Positions 52,111 through 64,000 of a stretch of 64,000 bases of DNA are shown here, piece after piece. Source of the stretch: Lingula anatina. Taxonomy: Eukaryota > Animalia > Brachiopoda. Location of the stretch: contig JBPQGU010000016.1 in the NCBI GenBank assembly GCA_051362555.1, positions 1,984,001-2,048,000 on the forward strand. The letters are read 5' to 3'. The notes under the pieces were generated by a model. That model was not told the DNA's origin and did no database searches. It saw nothing but the letters and a program-made list of their open reading frames with translations. Numbering within the stretch: the stretch's first letter is position 1; every line of letters begins with the position of its first letter. Made by a program: the position numbers and the translations under genes.

Positions 52111-55100
52111 GGATTATATCATAAAGAGTTTTTTAATGTAATGTGGGGTCGGGGTGGTCATAAAAAGGTTCCACACAAGTAAAGTGAAGGGCTCTCACAC
52201 AGTATCACTCATTTAATGTACATGTACATTCTGACGATCCGTGGGGAATCACAACCTTCAATCTAAGATTTAAAAAACCTACTTCTTAATTAGACAAATT
52301 TACCCCTAGAGACTTTACACGACGTATTGCGAAGAATTACGACCTACATACAAAGACAGAACATAAAGTTATGAAAGTGCTTGTAAATTGTTAATTGTGT
52401 ATGCGCCCGTGTACCTGTACATGTGAGTGAGAGAGACATGATCGATGGGTTGACCTTGTCCCAAAATGGCTATATACTTTTATTATTACAAAAAATGGTT
52501 TATACTTAACCACTTTAACGTATGATATATCTGGTTTCACATACTATGGGTTTCGTCTCTTTGCAGCTTGATATACAGAAAAAAGTATTTCTTTATGTAG
52601 TTCCTATAAGTAAACCTACATACCAGTAATATAAAACGTACATTGTGGTAGAAATTTTTGGCAATCCATGCCCAACATACCAGTGTCCTTTCTTACAGTG
52701 TAAAGCCGGTTGCTTTTGTAAATGCTCCCTCCCTCTTTCTCAATCTAATAAAGGTATGTTGAAAGCGCCGCGTTGGTCTTCTTAGCACAAATATTTTTCA
52801 TTCTTTTCTTTTCTGTGCCCGTTCCTGGGTCTGGGAGAAGATCATTCTTTATTGTTATTTTTGTCTGCCTTTACAGACAGCTTACATTCGAGACATACCA
52901 CAAACAATGTGTAGATCACAAGGTTTAGCCTCTCTTTTATCTAACATGCATACCTGATTAAACACTTCAACATCCACATATCCACAATCCAAACATTTTC
53001 AACAATATCGAAATATAGAGGTCTCTCTTGTGGTGCCTCTGTGCCTGTACTGATATATCGCAAACACACAGTCTCTCCTCTCCGGGTGTGCATTCCGAAA
53101 TGGAGACTCGCCCGATTTTTATGTCCATCCCTTTGTATTACTACAAGGAAAAGACCAATGATGAATAGCATGCTTTAGTGAGCGCATATAATTTCTCCCT
53201 CAATCCCCGATTTACCGGTTTTCCTCTCTGGCATAGTGGTTATGCAGTGGAACAACATAAATCAACAGTAACTTCAGGTAATCTGATGGGAATTCGAATC
53301 CTTATAAGACAAAAGTTGCATTTTTAAATTTTGCGTAATTTGTATGCATTTGTCACTTATGCTGGCCATCTTACTTTGCCAGGCTGGAAAATTTTGATAG
53401 CGATCACAGATGTCACGCGCTTTCTTGCACTATAAAACATGTTTCACATATTCTGACCGTTATATATACACCGTTTGCCTGAGGTTATTTTATATTACTG
53501 TTGTTGCGGTGTGTACGTATGTGTATTTCTTACCTAATTGCCACTTCTATTATTAAAATTGAATTGTGATGGGAGATGAAGAAAAAAAAAACATCATTAC
53601 TAAATTATCAAACAGGTGCTAACCATAAGTACATAAACCCTTAAACAAAATTTAAGGATAACCGACATTAAAGGCAGCAAGAAAGAATCTCCCTTGTTAG
53701 GGCCATATGGAATAAAAAAGGATTTCCAAATTGAGAGCATTCATCCTCCAGATTGAAGGTGAATGCACCCTTAAATGTGCCGCCAACGGGTCAAATTTGA
53801 TAATTTATTTCACAAATTAAAAGATAGGCCTACTAAAATGAAAATAAATGTATGAAATCTTTTCATGTAGTTTTCTTCATAATGATATTTTTCATTCAGT
53901 TCGTCAATATCAAAATAATTTTATATTTTGTTAAATCAGTAAAAACTGTTCATTTGAGATTAAAAATGCCGCAAGAAATGCATTATAAACAACGCATGGA
54001 AATATCATAGGGTCCATTCCCACAGATATTTGGATCGATCTATCTCTCTGGGGAGTCTGACTAAATTGCTGTCAACTTGGCCGGCTTAAAGTCTGGCACG
54101 TTGATTTGGTAGGCTTGACAGACATTTAAGCCGGTTAGTTGATAAAATTTTAGTGAGACTCCCTTGGGAGTTAGATTGATCCAGTTGGATCAGTCTATGT
54201 TTGGGAACCCAGTCTAATATCGTATTTTACCACTTAAACGGCTGTTATTATAGTAAAACTAAAATCTGTGCTTGTCAATCGGGCTTTCGATGCCCTCCTT
54301 CCCGGTCCTCAAGTCATTCGTTGCCAGTGACAATAGGGGGGCACGCGGATTCTCGCCGTCCTTTGATACCAAAACAACAATGGCGGCAGAAGAAAGCACA
54401 CGCGTGATGCAGTCCTCAGACGTAAGTTGCGAGTTTGTGTACAGTGCGTTGGATAACGAAAAGGCCAGTGCTTCACACATTGTAGATATTAACTGGATGA
54501 AAACTCTTCCTTATGACGAAAAAACGAATTTCCTGGAGTAAACAACACTTTTATCATACTTACCAATAGTTCATTAGTTCAATAATGAATTCATTTTTAC
54601 ATTCAAAGTTAGTCCCTGTTTTTGTTCACAATGTTTTTATTGTGAAATATAGATCTCATAAGAAGAGTTTTTATCCCTTTAATGCGTTTTAAGTAATAAG
54701 ACGAATATATCTTATAAATCGTATATTATTTACATGTAGTGTTGTTGCTGTCTGCTTTTCCCGCAGTTCTAAGTAGGTCACCACAAAATCTCGCTCGATA
54801 TCGTGTGACTACGCAATGTCGGAAAGGGCTCCGTCTGTTATAATTTCTTAAGATATTATAAAAAAAAAACGTTTAAGAAAAAAAAAAGGACTTACTCTGG
54901 ATGCAGGAACGGAGTCATTTACCATTGGTAAATATGGGAAAATTGCTGTTTTCTCCAGGAAAATCCAACTTTTGGCCAAAAGGAAGACTTATTATGCCTT
55001 TGAGAAAGAAAAATAGATTAATAATACTTTTGTTCACTTCTGTTTGATTGTCAATAACCTAGAAGTCATTGCATAACTCCATTGCTTTAATTAAGATTCC

Positions 55101-57093
55101 CCTTTTTTATGTTCACTAACGAGTTCAAAGGTAAAAAGAGCATTAGGTCAATCGATATCGTATACGATTTCATCTTTTATTTGATTTTTCTTAACCGTAC
55201 GAAAAGCACCAAAACTTTTTCGGGGCCCCTAATTTAACGCCAAGAGGGCTATGGTTGGCTTCGCATGCGAGGCCTCCTCCCAACCCCCTTCAAATAAATC
55301 TGAATCCGCCCCTATTGATCCTTTTTGGTTGCTGAAAGTGCAGTTGCTTTTTTATTAGCACAAATAACCGCTTGGTGCATTCTCCATTTTGTTTGCGGTG
55401 AGATCAAAGTCACTAAATTTCTAACTGCTGTTACGGTTATGTCTTACCATAAAATGATAAATAAATAACTTATTTGAACTGAAGGTTTGTTAATGTCTCA
55501 CGGAAGAGGTTGCAAGCTTTTATTTACTCCGTTATTCAAACTCTTTAAAGCAATAAAAGAAAAAAAAAAAAAAAACTTTACGAGCCCGTGATTGTTGTTT
55601 CCGGTTAAATCAAATTCTGCAACGTATCAGTCGAAATGAAGGTTCATTTTCTGCATGGATATGTGGCCAAATACGAGACAATGTGGGAAGACGTACGTGC
55701 TATAAAGAAAACTGGACCCTTTGACACTATGTGACACAAAATGTAGGGCAGTATGTTCCATTCGTACGTAATCTTTTATCACAAATTTCCCTCCAAAGAT
55801 TACATAAAATCAACACTAAATACTATTTACTTATATAATCTTAATACAGACAGGCTTCTTGTCCGACTTCATAACGTGAACATATATGATAAAAAAGTAA
55901 ATTCATTTCCAAGTAGACTCCTTCGTGTATGTGTAGGTGCGTGTGTCTGTGTGTGTGCGTGTACATGTGTGTGAGAGAGACATGATCGTGGGTTTGAAAT
56001 GTCCCCAAAAGTGGCTATATATTTTATCATCACTACACAAGAGTCATACATACAGTAGTTTATTACAACGTATGACATACTTTGCTATGCGTAATAAAGA
56101 TTTAATCTCTTTGCAGCTTGTTATAATGAAAAGAAAAGATTTTCCTTCTTAGATAAAGTTCCTATCAAACTGGGTTCCTATACTTAGCTCGATCCATCTG
56201 GATCGACCTGACTCCCTGGGGTTCAGGCTTAATTGCTATCAGCTCAAAAGGCTTAAATGTCTGTCAAGCCTACAGAATCAGCTAGGGGTAAAGGTAATTA
56301 CCCCTAGCATTTTTACTGGGAGTGACAGACGTTTAAGCCGGTTAAGCTGACAACAATTTACTGATAGTCCCCAGGGAGATAGATGGATCCAAATATCTGT
56401 GGGAATGATCCCTAAGTGATACAGGTTCACTTGCCACAGGTACAGTGTGGTAGAAATGTTGGGAATTCATGCGCAACATAGCAGTGTCCTTTGTTACAGT
56501 ATAAGGCCGTTTTCTTTTGTGAATCTTCTCTCCCTTTCTCGCAATTCAACAAGATGGAATGTAGGAGGCGCTGCGTTGGCATTCTTCACACAAAGCTTTT
56601 CCATTATTTTGTGTGGTCTGTCAGTGTCTGGGTCTGGGAGAAGCTCATGTTTCTCCTTCCTTTTTTTTTTTGTTTTTGTCTGTTTTGACAGACAGGTTCG
56701 TATAAAACATACTACAAACAATATATACAGGTAGAAGACGATGTTTAGCCCTTCTTTAATTCATTAACCACATCTTAGATCCCTATTTCTGGGACACAAC
56801 ATGTTCATAACCTTTGGCAACCTTTCGCAAATTGTTTTCATGATTATGTTGTTCATGATATTTCACCCCTGTGAAACATTCTTTTAATCAACTATCTAAA
56901 GGAAAATTGATTCTGAGTCTATTTCAAATAAACGAGGGATTAGATGTTTAAGCAAATGGTCATTTTCTCGCAGAATCCTCATTGGAACAGCTGCCGTCAT
57001 TCTCGCCATATGTCATCAAGGCGGGTGAATTTACCCACATCTGGCAATCTTTTCTTAAAAATAAATTTAAAAAAATCTTAGGTGAAAGGGTTG

Positions 57094-57135
<42 letters not shown>

Positions 57136-59041
57136 TGTAAGGTATCTGATGAGTTGAAGCCAAGTATACTTACATTTTTAAAAATGCAAGAAAACAGGTG
57201 AAAAAAAAAACATTTTCAGAGTGAATCAAATTTGTTACGTTTTCATTGAAAATCCAAAAATAAAAGAATTATCAGATAAATTAAACCAATCGATAAAAAA
57301 GGAAATTGACGTGAGATAGTTTGAATATGTTGCCTAGGAATTAGAGCAGTTGACACATCCAGTTAAAGGATACATTTTAAATAACATTAATACCTTCTTA
57401 CATTAAATAACTTACTCTAACTTAAAAGAAAATGCTCCGAGTTCTTTTTTAAATCTGGTGCTCTGAATTAATGTTTACCACAAAATATCAATGTCAGCAG
57501 ACAAGGTCTAGACATAACGCGAATGTGATCGTTTGTAACAAATCTGCCTCCAAAGATTAAATAAATATCCACACTAAATACGATTTACTTATATAATTTA
57601 TATTCAGAGAGGTCTTCTTGACCGACTCCATAACATGAACACGTATGATAAAAAGTGAATTCATTGTCAAGGAGACTAGTTTGTGTGTATCTGTGTGTGT
57701 TCTCGCGCGATTGTGTGTCTGTGTGTGTTTTTGTGTGCATAAAACTCATCCAGAACCGACTTAATATAACAAAGAAAAAGAAAACTTTCAAACAAGCTCA
57801 AAATGCTGACACCGTTGTAAAAGTTTAGGGGTGACAAAGCGTCAATACTACTTTCCAGATTCTTGCTAAAATCTGAAAACATACATCCGTCTGAGGGTAT
57901 CCAACACAGACAATGATAGCCTGTTTGACTCATTAAAGGTTCACTTGCTCATTCAATGTATGATATATATGGTTATACACAATGTAGATTTCATCTCTCT
58001 GCAGCTTGTTATACAGAAAAAAATGAGTTTTCTTCTTTGGCGTACAGTTCCTTTAAATATAGCTACATGATACAACAGGTACATTGCAATAGAATTGCTT
58101 GCGAATTCATGCGCAGCACACCAGTGTCTTTTGTTACAGTAAAGGGCCGTCTTCTTTTGTGAATCTTCTCTCCCTCTCTCGAAATTCAATAAGATGGAAT
58201 GTTGGAGGCGCTGCGTTGGCATTCTTCACACAAAGCTTTTCCATTATTTTTATGTTGTGCGTCACTGTCTGGGTCTGGGAGAAGCTCATGTTTCTCCTTT
58301 CTTTTATGTTATTTTTTGTCTGTTTTTACAGACAGGTTGCATACCAATAAAACATACAACAAATGATATGGGGAACACGAGGTTTATCCCTTCTTTTACC
58401 CCTCTTTGATTCACTAACCACACAATAGTTCCCTAAGTCTTGGACACACCGTGTTCATAACCTTTGGCAACCTTTTACCAGCCACAAAACCTGACTGCCG
58501 CTTGCGATCACTTTGCGAGCTGAAGAAGAAGCTTTGGCATTTATGTCTCCTCCATCTCAGCGTACCACAAACTTTTATAGTCTCATTCATAACAATAAAG
58601 AAGGCAACAAGGAATATTGATTGTTCATGATTTGGCCAAACAAGGCCGCTTTTGTTATATAACCCCTACTATCCTAATCGTTTTAACAATAAAAAACCAT
58701 GTAGCAAACTGTTGCCTGTATTAAATGTTATGGCCTTAAGGATAAAATTATAAATCAAATATTCAATACGACTCATCATCCTAAAAATTATGAAGTCAAC
58801 AAAAATTATTATTTACCTTCAATTTAAATATTTACACGAAAACTTGTCATCTCTTCTAAGAACCGTTGATGTTAGCCATAGATATCCTGCTTGGAAACGA
58901 ACATACTTGTGGTATACAGAATAGGGATATTTAACGCTGTTACAGCCCTTGTATTCTGGTGTTAACTCTAAAATAAAAATCCTATCTTAACAGTAAAACG
59001 TTTATAAAAACGGGCCTGGGAAATATTGTTCTTCTCTTTCT

Positions 59042-59095
<54 letters not shown>

Positions 59096-59520
59096 TTCAC
59101 AACCCTTAGTTCCAATTTGAATACCTACAATAAGGCCCCCTCTTTTTTCAGGAAAAGCTAGAATAAATATAAATGTCTAACTTGTGATCTTTATAATTTA
59201 TTCTAAGTGTGGCTACCTCTATTTTGATATTGATGTTCTTTCATTTCAATTGCACAGGGTTAGTTTTCTACCCAGGTTGTGGAAAAAATTGTTGCCACGA
59301 TGATGTTCTTTATGATATTACACTTCTGTGAAACATTCTTTCAATCTACAATCTAAAGGAAAACTGATTCTTGGTCCATTTTTAATCAAACGAGGGGTTA
59401 AATCTGTAAGTAAATTGCCGTTTTTCTCTCCATTTGTCATTAAGCGGGAGAATTTAGCCAGATCTGGCAATCTATTCTTAAAAATAAATTTTAAAAATCA
59501 TAGGTGAAAGGGTTGATTAT
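50415..59520. repeat. Degenerate copies of GIMAP-B locus non-coding scaffold (no GTPase exon)
   Basis: 50415-51605 resembles 7393-8940; ~52300-52940, ~55725-56760 and ~57360-58400 resemble 11140-12760; ~56830-57010 and ~58830-59430 resemble 8660-9400. Continues at 63470-64000. Confidence 0.75.
54007..54215. mobile_element. Palindromic MITE-like repeat; related inverted copy at ~56170-56413
   Basis: CATTCCCACAGATATTTGGATC at ~54016 is the reverse complement of GATCCAAATATCTGTGGGAATG at ~56386; internal inverted AACTTGGCCGGCTTAAA / TTTAAGCCGGTTAGTT. Confidence 0.6.
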
Positions 59521-59532
59521 TATTATTATTAT

Positions 59533-62500
59533 TAATAATAATAATAATAATATTTATTTCTTATATAGCGCATTCCATTTTTTACATTTCAATGCACTTT
59601 ACAAATAATTAAAAAGTCTAAAAATAACAATACTAAAATACTTTAACATTTACTGATAAAATTAATTAATTAAAGAAAGCAGAGAAAATTTATTGATATA
59701 ACTTAAAAATACTACTAAAATTAACCCAAGCTCACTCTTAATAAATGATAAACAACTAAAAAGTTTAAAGGAACACTAACCATAAAATTCTTTAAAAAGA
59801 TGAGTTTTAAGACAGGCTTTAAAAGTATTATAGTCACTTTCAGCTCTGATACTAAAAGGCAATTTGTTCCACAATTTTGGAGCATAAACAGTAAAAGCCC
59901 GGTCTCCATAGAATTTGTTGCATTTTCTGTCTATTTCACAGTGATTGGGTATAAAATTGTTTTCAAAAGAGTTTCTTGTTAACCTGCGTGGTTCAGATGA
60001 CTGAATAAGATGTGCAATATAACCAGGTGTGTTTTCTTTAAAAGCTCTAAAAATTATGCACAACACTTTGAATAAAATTCTTTGTTTGATTGGCAGCCAG
60101 TGCAATTCCTTTAATACTGGAGTGATATGATCCAAGCTCTGGTTCCTTATCTTTTTAACTAATCTGGCCGCTGAATTTTGAATCAATTGGATTTTTTTCA
60201 ATTTGCTGTCACTCACCCCAAAAAGAATACTGTTGCAATAATCTAATTTTGATGTAATAAAAGCATGAACTAATTTTGTAGTTGTTTCTATATTTAGTAA
60301 ATTCCGAATCTTCCCTATTCTCCACAGTGAAAAAGATGCCGACTTACAAACATTGTCTATATGCTTGTCAAAGATCCCAGCTGAATCAAAAAACACACCT
60401 AAATTTCTAGCACTGACAGATGCTTTCACAGACACATTGCCAATGCGAACATAAGTGTTAGTAGCACAGTCCTTTCTATCTTTAAATTTAGATGAAAACC
60501 AGATTATTTCCGTTTTAGTGTCATTTAGAGCCAGCTTATTTGAAAGCATCCACACCCGGATCTCATCAATACATTTCTCTATGTCTGACACTACAGAATA
60601 ATCACACCGACTGTCACAAGTTACATAAATCTGAGTATCATCAGCAAAAATTGTGGTCTGAAGATTGTGCTTAGAAATGATCTCCTCAAGAGGCACCATA
60701 TAGAGTGAAAAAAGTAGTGGGCCTAACACCGATCCCTGCGGAACACCATATTTCAGGGTTTCAGGGGCAGAAAGAAGGGAATTAATTTCCACTTTTTGTG
60801 TTCTTCCCTTTAACCCTCAAGTGACCGAGTGGGGTCATTTACGACCCCAGTCATATGATTTAATGTGCCATCGCTTTATTTTTTATTCGAATTTTCTTTC
60901 CTTGCATGAGTTTGTCAGTCTACTAATCCTACACACTTTCACAGCTTTTTGTAGGGATCAACCAATTAGTATGGCGTATACATCACAAACTCTTGTGGGG
61001 TCATTTATGACCCCAAAAAGAAGCATTGGCTTTTAAATATTAGTTTTTAAATTTTATTCAAATGTTTTGCCCAAGCAACACTGACAGGAAAATATCACAT
61101 GCATGTGTTTCATGCAACCAGCCACTGTGCCCAAAACAGGCACAAATAAGTGGTTTGTGAAGATTGTGCTTGAAGTGTTACTAACAGTGCATCGCTGAAT
61201 CTAATTTCAGTAGCTTTGTTGGAACGTGTTCTTATAATTGGGTCTCTCATTTTGACGGTTACAATTTTCCGGTATTTTGGAAATCTAAAGAATTCTGTCA
61301 ATATCATATTATACATAAATTAACAAATTGTTTGTGTGGATTTTGTTTTATACACAGATGCGGTAGTAACATACATGTAGGTTGATTGAATGTGTTCTGA
61401 GTAGTATGACTTCCTTACCAGCATTAGGTATTCCCTACTCAGCAAGTCAGCTAATTATTCTTATTGAAGTTAGCAGGATACTATCTCAACATAAGTCAAA
61501 ATATTTTTACTCAAAGTAATTTTGTACTGTACTTTTTTCATTTAGTGTGGCAAATAAAAAGAGAAATATTTCTGCAAGTAGAAACGGACAAGGACTGTCT
61601 AAATACCGGTGTAATGTTGTTCTTAAAATCTGTGCTTGGTTATTCCATGCAATAAAAGTATTATTAACGAATACTTATTACATTAGATCATTATAAAATA
61701 CTTGTCTTAAATTCTGGGAGTAGTATAGGTGTGATAAACCATCAACAGCCTTTTATAATAAGGATCCCTGTACAGAGCATAATGGGGTCTTAGATGACCC
61801 CACTTGGTCATTTCCGTCAGTAAAATAGCTTGGTCTCTTGAGGGTTAAGTAAGAGCTCAACCAATCAATCGCCATTCCTGTAATGCCAAACCTGCACTGC
61901 AAACGTTGTAGTAAAATATCATGGTCAATCGTGTCGAAAGCAGCAGAAAGATCCAAGAGGACCAAGATGACATCACAGTGATTGTTTAATGAGAGCATGA
62001 TATCATTTTGAACCTTTAGCAGGGCTGTTTCAGTACTATGACCCGTTCTGTAGGCTGATTGGAATTTACCATACAGAGAATGTGCTGTTAAGTAGTTGTT
62101 CAGTTGCGAGAATGCCATTTTTTCCAGAAATTTACTAATGAAAGAGCAGTTGGAAATTGGTCTATAGTTTTTCAGCTCGTTTCTTTCAAGACTGCTCTTC
62201 TTTAAGAGAGGCTTAACAACAGCAGTTTTACAGAGATCAGGAAAAATTCCAGACTCAAAAGATGTATTTGTTATTTTCATGAGTGCTGGAGATACTGCTT
62301 CTATGCAATCCTTTACTAAGTATGTTGGTATTGGGTCCAGTGAGTAGGATTTTGCTGGCATGGCTTTCATCATGGCAACTACTTGTTCGATACTCACTTG
62401 GGTGAATTTTGTCAGTACTGTTTGAGAAGAAACTGGTGACTCTATGAGCTTTGGATCATGTTTATCTAGGGTACATCTTATGTCCTGTATCTTTTTAGTA

Positions 62501-63469
62501 AAGAATTGTGCAAAAACTTGAGGTAGTAAGTTTTTCTCTAAATCAGGCAGTACTCTAAGTTGGGTGGATGAAGAGTTAGAGATGTTATCAACAATTCTGA
62601 ATAGGGCTTTCTGATCGGCAGAATCAATACAATTTCGGTGGTATTCTGCTTTGCATGTGTTAAGACGAAAATTATACTTGGATCTGGCATCTGTGAAAAT
62701 CTGTTTATGTATTTCAAGTCTAGTGCCAAGCCATTTTCTTTCCAGCTTACGGATTTCCTTACGCTCTTCTAACAACTCTGGTGTGATCCATGTAGCCTTT
62801 GGCTTTACTGTCACTCTCTTTTCCTGTAGTGGAGCCTGGTTATCAATGGCCTTTGATAACGAATTATTGTAGTGAGTAACTTGTAAATTTATGTCAGATA
62901 TGCTGACCATCTGACTTAAAGCATTTGAAAGATCCCTGTTTAAGATGTCACTGTCAATTCTGGAAAGTAGCCGGCTCTGTTTGACTACTTTAGTTGGCGC
63001 TGGGCGGTTGGCATTGGCTACGAAATGAACTGCTGCATGATCAGAGGGCAAAGTGTGATCTACGAAGAAGTTACTGAGACATGAGTTTTTTCTTGTCAAA
63101 ACAAGATCTAAAACATAACCTTTCGAATGAGTAAAACTTTCAACATGCTGTTCAAGTCCCACTGAGGATAACAGATCATTGAATTTTTCCACGTCACTAC
63201 ATTCGTTGTCATCCACATGGATGTTGAAGTCCCCTGCAATTACTAAGTGACCAGATGAAACAATAGCTGTCTCCAAAAGTACAGAAAATTCATCAATGAA
63301 ATAAGGAATTGTATACTTGTGTTTTGCTGAGTACGGTGGCCTATATATTACAAATAGACGCAACAGTTTCTTTCTAATTTGCACCGTTAGGTCCATTATC
63401 TCAAACGAATTGAATGAATGATTTATGTTTTTTGCAACTTTCATGTTATTTCGCACAACTACAGCAATT
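59533..63469 (-). mobile_element. 5'-truncated non-LTR retrotransposon (CR1/L2 clade), ORF2 APE endonuclease + reverse transcriptase, interrupted
   Basis: APE motifs IYRPP, GDFNIH, LDLV, SDH; RT motifs LKNYRPIS, QSAYR, DLSAAFDTIDH, YGVPQGSVLGPLLF, FADD; L2-type LHWLP...RAF..AP.LWN.LP; stop at 59776; 3' end GCGCTATATAAGAAATAAA(TAT)n. Confidence 0.93.
60814..61844. mobile_element. Non-autonomous piggyBac-like element inserted in the LINE RT
   Basis: TTAA TSD at 60810-60813 and 61845-61848; termini CCCTCAAGTGACC / GGTCTCTTGAGGG; subterminal GTGGGGTCAT repeats; removal restores frame WLSSYL|KGRTQKVEIN. Confidence 0.9.
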
Positions 63470-64000
63470 ATTATATTTTGTAAATTTTCTGAATTTATGA
63501 AAGCAAAGTATACCGACATTTAAATACAAGAAAACAGGTGAAAAATAATTTTCAGAGTCAGTCAAAATTGTTACGTTTTCATTAAAAATTTGGAAAAAAA
63601 GAATTATCACAGAAATTAAAGCATTCTATGAAAGAGGACATTGACGTGAAATAGTTTGGCTATGTTACCGCGAAATGTGAGCAGTTGACACATCCAGTAA
63701 AAGGACATATTTTAAATAACATTGATAAATTCTTACATAAATAACGTACTCTAACTTAAAAGAAAATGCTCCTAATTCTTTTTTAAATCTGGTGCTCTGA
63801 ATTAATGTTTACCACAAAATATCAATGACAGCAAACAAGATCTAGACATAACGTGTATGTAACCTTTTGTAACAAATCTGCCTCCAAAGATTAAATAAAT
63901 ATGCACACTAAAAACTATTCACTTATATAATCTATATTATGACGAGGCTTCTTGTCCGACTTCATAACATGAAAATATATAATAAAAAGTGAATTCATTT

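Noticed and set aside
63470-63519. Start of ORF 61753-63519 as the LINE ORF2 start
   Set aside because: These codons are host flank homologous to ~57130-57180; the LINE is truncated within the endonuclease. The ORF's last ~30 codons come from the piggyBac-like insert.

Overview
AT-rich, microsatellite-rich animal genomic DNA with GT-AG spliced genes, probably a marine invertebrate (inference). Positions ~3.9-48.2 kb hold two tandem copies of a ~21-22 kb cassette of five AIG1/GIMAP-family GTPase genes. Four are small and divergent (here A-D); B, C and D have hidden terminal exons, including a transmembrane tail anchor (C) and an acidic LIR-like tail (D). The fifth is a 3-exon gene (859/860 aa) fusing a MACPF/CDC (stonustoxin-like) pore-forming domain, an AIG1/GIMAP GTPase and a Hedgehog-type Hint (Hog) autoprocessing domain; this is the main discovery candidate. 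The two cassettes show reciprocal gene damage: D has a nonsense codon in unit 1 and A a frameshift in unit 2. A decayed tRNA-Leu(AAG) lies at the junction. The right ~16 kb holds exon-less relics of the GIMAP-B locus, several DNA transposons/MITEs, and a 5'-truncated L2/CR1-type LINE split by a TTAA-flanked piggyBac-like element. Domain calls come from reading motifs by eye; no searches were run.
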